Assembly: GCA_030141605.1 (NCBI GenBank)
Contig: JAQGDQ010000082.1
Location: 496,001-560,000 of the forward strand
DNA from: Tubiluchus corallicola
Lineage: Eukaryota; Animalia; Priapulida
DNA length: 64,000 bases
Direction of reading: 5' to 3'
Of this stretch, positions 54,975 to 64,000 are shown one piece after another. The first letter of the stretch is position 1. Every line of letters begins with the position of its first letter. The notes beneath the pieces are model-generated. The model saw only the letters and a program-made list of their open reading frames with translations, was not told the DNA's origin and did no database searches. The translations under genes and the position numbers were made by a program.

Positions 54975-57900
54975 CTGCAATGAGGAAAAACAACAATGTC
55001 AACTTGTGACAAACTTGATGTAGATAAAAGGGACAGTAATTACATTTACTTTAATTTCACAACAGTGATTTTGTTTGTGTAAAACAATGAATGAGATTTC
55101 GGACCGTACATAAACAATACTTCTCATTTTCAACATAAAACATGCTTCTCCACAGCTTTACAATTATAATGCACAAGCTTGACATCTCAATTCACAAAAA
55201 TTTCAAAGCACATTTAGTAAATTTTTCAAGTATTTTTTTGTTTAATTGGGAGTGGATAAATATGTTTATACTTTACCTATAATTAAACATACTAAATACA
55301 ACATGCAGGAATGGCAAATACCAACAAAATAAAAACAAACATGTATAGTTTGATTATTATAGCTATATGCATTAAAACTTTTGGTAATATGACATAAAGC
55401 TGTTTCAGCAATTTTTAATCTGACGAAAGACAGGGTTTTAGTTAAAATATTTTCACACCTTAATAATTTTAAAATAAAAACTATCCATCACTTGTACAAC
55501 TAGAGTGATAATTATGTTAAAAAGTATGTTTACCTTTCGAAAATGTTCTTTGTGTTTCTCCTTTGTTTTAAAGTAGTCGTCTTTCTGCTTCTGCTTGGTT
55601 TTCGTTTCAGAATCAACCTTATGTTTTGATGACTCAACAAGCTCTTCCAGTTCTTTTAATTTTACTACTTTCCGTTCAAAATGTTCTAACTCTTCCTACA
55701 AGTAAATTTACCTTTAATGTCCCAAGTTTGTCTGCAAGTTTTTTAATGTAACCAATTTGCATATGAACTGCATAATTCTTACATATTTAAGTGACGCAGA
55801 AAAAATGAGCCGAAGTTTAGACTATAATAATATTAGAAGCAACTCACCTACAAAGCTAAAATTTCAGTGATGTATTACAAGGCATTAACTCCTAGCTGTG
55901 AAAGTTACAACTATATGGCTTTAGTACTTTTTGCCATGTTAGAAATAAATGCCAGAAAAATGTCAGCTAATCATCAGTTAATAAACAATCACTAAAGCAA
56001 ACAACAACAAAAATCAACTACTAGCTTACAATAAGGTTTTCATCACAGAAAACAAAGCATTGATAAGGATTTGTTGTGAGTCAGTTAAATAGGACTTAAT
56101 CTTTTGGACTGCCATATCTGGAATTCCGTTAAAGACAAAAGTGCAGGACCCAGAGCTGCCTGATGCAGAGGAATTAATGCTAACAATTTTTTAGTGCTGG
56201 GCCAAATGCCCCTTTTAAAGAAATGAGAAACTGTATCAGCTGTACAGTAACTGTAACTTGTTGATTTAAAACTTCCGTATCTTTGCAAAATCTAAGAAAA
56301 TGACCTTTATAGAGAACTGAATGCAATAGCAGCGTAACAATTTTCAAGGGATTCCGTTATACTCTTCTTATAATACTACAATCAAAACCTGGGCATGTTT
56401 TTTGCACCACCTGATATACCAGATGCACGTTTAAGTACATACATGTTCCAAAAGATAGTACTCAAAAATTAAAACAGTTCAACAAAGCAGAAATTAATAG
56501 ATGAAATTGTTCTGGAATACTATCGATTACCGTCCAAGACTGAGTCATGAAAACCAAAATTATAAGAAAAAAATCAAATAAAACAGCAATACCTTCCTAG
56601 TCTGTACCAAATGCCTAAATAGTACATGGTACCACCCGACTAATTATGAAAGGGTGCTGAAAATGAACATTTATATAATGAATGTATTATTGTAATCCAA
56701 GTGATCGTACAAAATAATGAAAAACTTCAAACAAATTTTGAGGCGAAATGACAAAATCACATGTAATACTCGAAAATATAATGCACTTTTGCATGATAGG
56801 AAACTGACCCTCAGAGACTGCAATTCTCTGTCAGTAAAATTTGCCATCGCTGCCAGTTGCCAAAGCTGCAACACACGCTGCTCGCTGAAGTCAACTGAAT
56901 CCTTCCAGTCAGATGTCTCCAGTCTACAACAGTAATTAATATTTTTACATAGAAGAATAATAATTCATGTAACAAAAAAAATGTGCAATGGAATGTTCAG
57001 CTGATAGCTAACAAACAGAGGAGTATTTTAGTGGCACACAATTCAATAAGCCTTTTTGCAGTTTCATTGTGCACAAGTGCAGTTGCTGTAGGTCAAAAGT
57101 TAAGTGAACCCCAGCAATGAATCTTAACTACAACCGTCACGTGAAATGTGTGTAATGCAAAGCCGTCTGCCGCATCAGTTCAGTAACTTCAGTTGTTTTT
57201 TACGAGGACTTTACTTAATTATATCTATTTTTAGTCTATGCTTAGAATGATTTACTAGCAGGATCTTGCTTGCAGACAAGAAAAAATAAACCAGGTAAGG
57301 TTCTAGCTAGCCATTAAAAGTGTTACTATTGCATAATGTAATAGTACATACTGTAGCATGGGCTGCGAGGCATTGTCAAGTGTACAAAAATGTGTTATCT
57401 GGTTCACTTAACTAATGACCTTTTCATGATCATCATCAATGGAACTGTGGAAGTGCTTATTCAGACATTTTGTCCAAAATTACTTAGTTTGTCGATATAG
57501 CGAATAGACTGCGAGTGGGACAAGTCAAAACCTGTGAGTTCATGTAGTATCGTTAGTACTTGGACTGGTCATGTATATGAACTGACTTACTGAAATATTT
57601 TAACAAATACTATGAAAAATACAAGAGTACTTTTGTAGAAAAACACACATAAGACTGAGACATCAGCACTAATTGAAGTGACAGTATGTTAATTACTCAG
57701 TGATTTAATAAATCATCTGAATTTAATCATATCCAAAAAATTGATTTAATTATAATATATTCTGTAGCTTTGGCACACGGGTAAAATTATCAAGCATAAC
57801 AAAATACCTTTGTAAAAAATGAATGGCTTTTCAATTTTTAAAATATAAAACTAAATTAAATTTACTCTGATTTTTTCTTTTCTGCTGAAAGCTGTCATTA

Positions 57901-60900
57901 ATTTTTTGAGCAAATTGCAAAAAGCAATCAGCTTATATATAAGCAGAAGATACCTTCAGCAACTTTCTCCTCATAAAATGTGGTTAAAAAATCACTTTTT
58001 AACAATCAGTCTAAGCAACAGTAGGAATGACAAAAATTTTAAATCAAGTTTTCCTAAAACTAACTTTGAGCTGATTCTTTTGAAGTTCTCTTGTAAATTC
58101 TGATGTCGCTCTTTCAAGTCAGACTTTTTTAGACGTTTTCCGTCCTCATCTTCAATGGCATTTGGCAACCTATCTAAACAAGACATTACAAATAACTAAA
58201 ATTTGTACTTTTAAGCCAGATAATGTGAGCAACAGTTTTAAATTATTAAAAAAAACAGTAATTGCAGTAAAAATAATAAAATGGTAAGAAAGCTTAATGG
58301 CAATTATAACAGCAGGTTCACAAACTCAGTCCCAGTTACACAGAGCTAAAATTATGCATATTAAGCATATCTTCTTTCAAGCCATAAATAATATAATTTT
58401 TTCAGAAAGTAACAAATACTCAGAAGCTAGGCTCGTTCTTGTTCATGCAATAAGTTGTTAGCAAGTTTTTATATTGTGACATCGCAGTCAAAACTTTTAC
58501 AATAAAATTATTTCTATGGCAACAGTATTCTAAATAACATGTTCAAAAAATAGATTCTATGACAGTGCTAAGTGGTGTCTAGGCAATCAAGCAAAAAAAT
58601 AACCAGCAAACGAGGAAGCCAATGCTTCGCATTGCAGAATAGTTTCTAAATACTAAACTGAAGTAGAACAGTACCAGTGCATAAACAAAACAAAGTTATC
58701 AGCAATTTAAAAGCAACATGTTCAACATACTTCCATCCTGTTCCATTTTATCGGCTAGTGATTGTAGTTCATCCAGCTTCTCTTGATGATGAGTAAATTC
58801 TGCTTTCAAAGCTAGTATTTCATCATCTGCAAGAATTAAAATTTTTAAATTGGATTCTTTTGCAGAAATATTTTACCTTCCACTATAGCAATAACATAAT
58901 ACTATACCTTTTTTTAACAAAATTTGAAAGTCGAATCTTTGCTCATTTTTAATTCTCTTCTTATAAGTGATAATAATGACTTAAATATTGAAGAATCATC
59001 CAAAAACTGCAGATAACTGGGCATTATTCACTATGGAATTACAGAAAAGCACTACGAAAAGTTTATAGACATGTAATAAGCCATAAATTGCATAAGAAAA
59101 TGAACCCACAGTAAAATAATTTTTGAAACCAAACTTGAATATGCTTGAAAAAGAAAATCTCGGGAAAGAGCTTAGATTCAAACTATAGACATTCATATAA
59201 CAAGTTCAAAGCCATCACCAATAGACCACACAACCCCTAGTGATCACATCCTAATGCACTCGTAATCCATACTGAACCAGGTTCATTCTATAATTAATCG
59301 ATAATCTTGAAATTACAAGTACGAAATAATTATTTCATTCAAAACTTTTAAACTAAAATGCAAAAGGTGAATAAACTAAATTAATATATATCCGCATATT
59401 CCAAATTATGAGTAAAAATCACATCTCTGACCTATTTCACAACTTCTAAATATAGCAAATACCTGAAAATCCAGATTTGAGGGCTTTATTCCATAGCTTG
59501 TTGAGTCTTTTATCAGAAAACAGATCCTTCTCTTTTATGACCTCATCTGTAACTTCATTATGCTCTAGTTTACTGCCTGTCTGACTTGGAGTGAAAATTG
59601 GCTTTACATCCTCCTTCAGTCCATAATCTTCCATCAAACCTTTAAAATATCAGTTAGTTTAAACTCAACATATATGACATCAATGCTCTTAGAAATACAT
59701 AATTATTTATAACTCGTATGCAAAAGAGAATCAGGTGAAAAACAGAGATGAAGCCGATGACGTCTGTACCCACAATACGCACTTGTACAGTACATTTTAG
59801 TTGGTGGTAGATGAGATCATTAAAAATTGTGGGTAAAAATTTTTCATTGTCATTTTGTCGGCTTGAAGAGATGAAATTTGTCATTGTAAGAACATAGGTA
59901 ATAGTTGAACTTAATAAAAATTGTAAAAAAAATTATAAAATTATAAAACAACCAATCACATGAGGAGTGGTCTTGAAAATATACATTCATAAAGCAACAT
60001 GTTTGGCTCAAAATCAAACTTGATCTGAATAAGGTACCACCTAACTAAAGAAAAACTAAAATGCTAGTATTAAAATGTTCGAGAATGCCAGATGGTGATG
60101 AAGTCTAATTTGCGATGAATGCAATAAAAAGCTTAAAACAATCCTACCGAAAAATTATAATAATCAGTTTCATCGGATATAAATATAACGTAATAAGTTA
60201 TATTGTTATACTGCTTATACACAGGGGCATAACCAGGTTCTAAAGTTAGGGAGAGCAAGCGTATAAAAAAGGCACCGTGATACATACCAAACAATTCTCA
60301 ACAGAAAGGATATATAATTCACAGTAGGCCTGCTACTAAACGATCGTGCGACCAGAATATATATTAACAAACAGATTTGGTGCCTTAGTTCAATCAATCA
60401 ACCTTAACAAATGAGTACAGGAAGGTTGGACAAACAAAGTAATGATTCCAGAAAATTCTTCCACAGCAATTCGATTAAAAAAATAAAGAAAGATTCGACT
60501 TTTATCACACAAGTGAACTAAAAAGTTACAAAATTGTTGAAAAGGTGACAACTGCTCTACGTGATACTAGCTACGCCACTGCTTATACAAAACACCTAAT
60601 CAGGCCAACAGTAAAAATACTTCTGTTTCCGTCTATTTGCCCAGGGTAGTATTTTTTATCGCGCACTCGGCCGGGAATTTTATAATTTTTTTGTACGGTC
60701 ATATACTTACTTGACGCAGTCATATAAAAGGGTTTTCCTTCAATTTAAATTGCAAAGTGCAATAATAATTATAACAATTAACATCGTACTTTCGGAGATC
60801 GCAGGATGCGGCCATGCTTTTCCACGGGCAACACTCAGCCAGGGTTGCCGTGTCGTATGATGCTCATTGTACTAGACTACTAGAGGCTAAAAAATATCGA

Positions 60901-62869
60901 ATTTTCCGCCAAATCGATGTATGAACGGCCGAGTTGTATTGCCGCTTATGCCATAATTGTCAAAACATACACGTTCATGATACAAATTAGATTATACAAT
61001 AATTGATAATTGTACTATAATTTAGTAAAGCGAAAAAAAAGCGTAAAAAAATGTGCAATTAAAAAATTTAAAACATTACTGCTAACCAGTGGGAAAAAAG
61101 CAAACGTTGATCTCAACTCATTTTAAATATTCCACGATTCAGCTTTTAACATTCACAAAGCATAAAAAAAATTCCTCCCTCCCTACTGACGCTCATGATG
61201 TAAAACCAATTTTTTTGTGGCCTGCCTCAACTGCTACATAAATTTTCTGACATCATATAGTTAAATTTTGCAAATTTCAAGCGTATTGTCTCGGACTTGT
61301 CAGTAAATTGAACAATGTTTCCTAGGCAAATTCAGTTGTAATAATTAAACTAGTTCTTACTAACAACAGCGCACTTAACTACTCACTAATATTTAACAGG
61401 AAACTTTTAGTTCTTGTACTTGTATTGATTTATTGACACTTGTATTGAATTTATTGTAATATTGCAATGAGTAAACTACTTACTTATTTATTATAACTAT
61501 GACATTGAGCGATCGTTTGCATCTGAAATATGTACAGCACATACAAGTGAGGACAACAGTAAGCAAATATAACACTAAGGAAAACAGGGAGTTACCCAGC
61601 AGACGATGACGGATTTCTGCTTCTTTTTCTCCATCAGTATCACCACCAGAATGTTTAATCTTCTTGAGTGCCAAAAGATCACCATCAAATCTTTTCAATT
61701 TTACGTACAGTTCCTTTTGTCTTTCGGTGCCAAGATTCTAAAAATAAAAACTGCAATGAAATAAATATATCATATAAATGCCTAAAACACCTACCTCATT
61801 ACTTACATTTTAGAGTGTGACAAAAAACAAAGAAAATTGATTTCTTATTGTGCAAAAAAGACAACATAAACATGTAATAGAAGAGGTAATAGCTGGAAAA
61901 ATTGTTACTGCTGCTACTCAAGTGATTCCTCGGGATCTGCTTTCTGTTCACGATAAGTTAACATTTCTCACTGCATGTGCAGAATCAACTATTCCTGGTA
62001 CCGCATACACATGTCATGTTTAGAATATTCTTTCTTATTTCTCCATGTTTTTCCTTTGATATTTATTTTTTTGTCAGGTTTTTATAATTTCGATTTACTC
62101 ATGACTTGACATTGCTTCATTTTTTTGCTTGTTATGTTGGGTTAAGTTCTTTACTTATATGTAATTATTAGTTTCGTTTTTGATGAGTTTAAATTTTCCG
62201 TTTTGTTTGCTAATTTAAATTTTGCCTCTTCTCATAGCCAAACTTATTTACTGTTTCTAAATTCAAACTCATTTTAACTTGTTGCCTCATTTATTTTAAT
62301 TTTATTAAGTTGCTGATTATTTTCATTTGTACATACCTTACATGACAGGTCACTTAATTTTCTTCAGTTTGGATAGGAGTGGTTTACTTGGTGACCCTTG
62401 GTCTTTTCGCCACCCCGTCTCTTTTCCGTCTTTATTTTAGTTTTTACCTTTTGTTTAGGTTTATTTTGTAACATTCACATGATTCAGAGACAAATAAATT
62501 TTTTACTTACTTACTTTTTGACTGTAATACTTGTTTGTATTACTTTTTGCCGACAATTTATAAAGCACGCATGTTTCTGCTCTTGGTTTCCATGTTTAGT
62601 TTTTTATTTTGAGCTCGTGCATGATAAACTAGTTGCATGATAGCACCAGCAGCACGAACCATTTTGAAATGAAATCAACAAAAATGCGCTAATATACCCA
62701 CATATTTTGCTTTCGACCAGAGCATATTCAATTTATTCATCCGAAATGGATGTTCGGGTAAAGAATCCTTTGGCACATTCTTCTCAGCCGTGTATTTGTT
62801 TTCAAAAGAATAGGTAAAAAACCAAAAACATTGCAAATATATAAAAACTCTCAATAGGGACGCCGCCAT
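54909..62869 (-). CDS. LRPAP1: Alpha-2-macroglobulin receptor-associated protein (RAP, LDL-receptor-family chaperone); complete 8-exon gene, 344 aa
   Basis: Exons 62869-62702, 61737-61596, 59639-59463, 58826-58731, 58173-58065, 56923-56809, 55695-55534, 54974-54909. All introns are GT-AG with compatible phases (0,1,1,1,2,0,0), giving 1035 nt. Hydrophobic signal peptide, RAP motifs PFRMNKLNMLWSKAK, RLNKLWNKALKSGFS..E...LK.EF.HH.EK and RVLQLWQLA..ANFT..EL.SLREEL.HFE, and C-terminal HIEL* (human HNEL). Confidence 0.95.
55534..55695 (-). CDS. LRPAP1: LRPAP1 exon 7
   Basis: tag|EELEHFERKVVKLKELEELV...KEHFRK|gtaaac. Confidence 0.92.
56809..56923 (-). CDS. LRPAP1: LRPAP1 exon 6
   Basis: tag|LETSDWKDSVDFSEQRVLQLWQLAAMANFTDRELQSLR|gtcagt. 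Confidence 0.92.
58065..58173 (-). CDS. LRPAP1: LRPAP1 exon 5
   Basis: tag|NRLPNAIEDEDGKRLKKSDLKERHQNLQENFKRISS AA|gttagt; phases fit both neighbours. Confidence 0.85.
58731..58826 (-). CDS. LRPAP1: LRPAP1 exon 4
   Basis: cag|DDEILALKAEFTHHQEKLDELQSLADKMEQDG A|gtatgt. Confidence 0.92.
59463..59639 (-). CDS. LRPAP1: LRPAP1 exon 3
   Basis: aag|GLMEDYGL...FSDKRLNKLWNKALKSGFS G|gtattt. Confidence 0.92.
60602..61223. mobile_element. Possible decayed non-autonomous DNA transposon in LRPAP1 intron 2
   Basis: Imperfect inverted ends AGGCCAACAGTAAAAAT / ATTTTTTTGTGGCCT around a CpG-richer interior. Confidence 0.35.
61596..61737 (-). CDS. LRPAP1: LRPAP1 exon 2
   Basis: tag|NLGTERQKELYVKLKRFDGDLLALKKIKHSGGDTDGEKEAEIRHRLL G|gtaact. 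Confidence 0.92.
62702..62869 (-). CDS. LRPAP1: LRPAP1 exon 1 (signal peptide and start of domain D1)
   Basis: MAASLLRVFIYLQCFWFFTYSFENKY...PFRMNKLNMLWSKAKY|gtgggt. Confidence 0.9.
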
Positions 62870-63210
62870 ATTTGGAAAGCGCCACGTAGCGCATAGCATT
62901 AAACTCGTATTTTTCCGTGTTTTCATTTAATTACATAAAGTATACATTTGCAAATCTTGGCAAGTAATATATTATTCGTTTCTAAATTTGCCATAAATTG
63001 TCTTACAGTTGTATCTAAAGTTATTAATTTTAAAATTCGAGTTAAATTTTAAAAAAATCTGAAAAACGCAGCTTCGGAAAAGTTCGGTATTTGCCTCGTG
63101 ACAAAGTTATGGTGCTATTTGTAAACAACATTTTGCTGTACTTTTGCATCTGCGAAGGCGATTGTTGATTTTCAAAATTTTTGTCCGAGAAGTTATTTTC
63201 AGCCAGCAAA
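62870..63210. promoter_or_regulatory. Bidirectional promoter and 5' UTR region shared by LRPAP1 and 4E-BP
   Basis: 341 bp between divergent ATGs; YY1-like ATGGCGGC overlaps the LRPAP1 start. Confidence 0.7.
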
Positions 63211-63334
63211 ATGTCAGGTCGTACTGTTTCGTGTGCAATCCCTTCTCGAAGGGTCCACATCAACGATCCTTCACAATTGCCTCACGAATATTCAGCCACC
63301 CCTGGAGGAACTTTATTTTCTACAACACCTGGTG
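63211..63334 (+). CDS. EIF4EBP: eIF4E-binding protein (4E-BP/Thor), first coding exon; the rest lies beyond the window
   Basis: caaaATG; [42 protein letters not shown]|gtaaga contains the diagnostic [16 protein letters not shown] motif with a phase-1 intron after it. Confidence 0.95.
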
Positions 63335-63469
63335 GTAAGAAATTAGTTAATGTATAATAGTCGCCTTCCTTTGCTCTCCTACACTTTACAGTGCCTTTTA
63401 CATGTCTCGAAGATGTTTTACCTTCATACAGTTTAGGCGTGCTAGCACTATGGCAGGGGACATACTGCT

Positions 63470-63620
63470 TTAAACAAGTTCTTGAGTCTGAACTTGCAAA
63501 ATTATCATCAAATTTGTTCCAATAAGGAACAACTTTGTTAGCAAAGAAATGCTCTCGTATATTTGTCCTGACAGACGGAACACACAGATTGTGCTCAAGA
63601 CCTCAAGTTCTATGAGTGAC
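63470..63620 (-). mobile_element. CR1-like LINE 3' fragment in 4E-BP intron 1
   Basis: Minus-strand 'RT*GLEHNLCVPSVRTNIREHFFANKVVPYWNKF' matches the TRGH..L...R..FF.NRVV..WN motif. Confidence 0.6.
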
Positions 63621-64000
63621 AGAAAAATGAATTTCGATCGATGTGCCAGTAGTTATTCATTAGTTCATATACTTTTTTCACTAAACCTAATGATGCCCAG
63701 TGTTGTTGCAAAGTAGAAATGTTGGCAATACCTTGACTGTTACAGAGATAGCCTTTAAACAACATCATCACAGTTCCTAATGAACTTGCAGTGTTGATAT
63801 CTGTTTACACTATCTACAATGTGAGCTGGATCCGAGTCTACTGACATAAGTGTAAGGACATGACTACCAGGTGGTCACTTTTTGGTTACTCGATCGTTAC
63901 AACATTTATTTAGTGAGCCAACCAAGTTCTGTACTTGGGTGCCACAGCATTCAGCCAAGATACCTCTTGCAGCAAGTCTTAGTACTTGACTCTCAGCTTG

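Noticed and set aside
62870-62926. Upstream in-frame ATG extending LRPAP1 (MKTRKNTSLM...)
   Set aside because: It would push the signal peptide inward; aatATGGCG at 62869 has better context, and the extension lies in the shared promoter.

Overview
This is AT-rich eukaryotic genomic DNA from an invertebrate animal, mostly intronic, so almost all ORF-track entries are spurious. Three intron-containing genes can be read from the sequence. (1) A complete 8-exon LRPAP1/RAP gene on the minus strand (62869-54909, 344 aa, ending HIEL*). (2) The first coding exon of a 4E-BP gene on the plus strand (63211-63334), head-to-head with LRPAP1, with 341 bp between the start codons. (3) The 5' part of a PDZ-GEF (RAPGEF2/6) gene on the minus strand, with coding exons at 49902-49744, 31995-31868 and 28729-28646; I did not find the next conserved exon (FGKR...), so it probably lies left of the window. 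The most interesting signal is in the large PDZ-GEF introns: a series of ATG-started exons all ending at phase-2 donors, consistent with a cassette of interchangeable N-termini. One of them (11174-10735) encodes a 146-aa region with a transmembrane helix and may also be read in a second frame. LRPAP1 has a candidate alternative last exon that would replace the ER-retrieval signal. The rest is MITEs, CR1/L2-like 3' fragments, one RTE-like insertion with a target-site duplication, microsatellites and small tandem duplications. All homology calls are from recall of the families, not from database searches.
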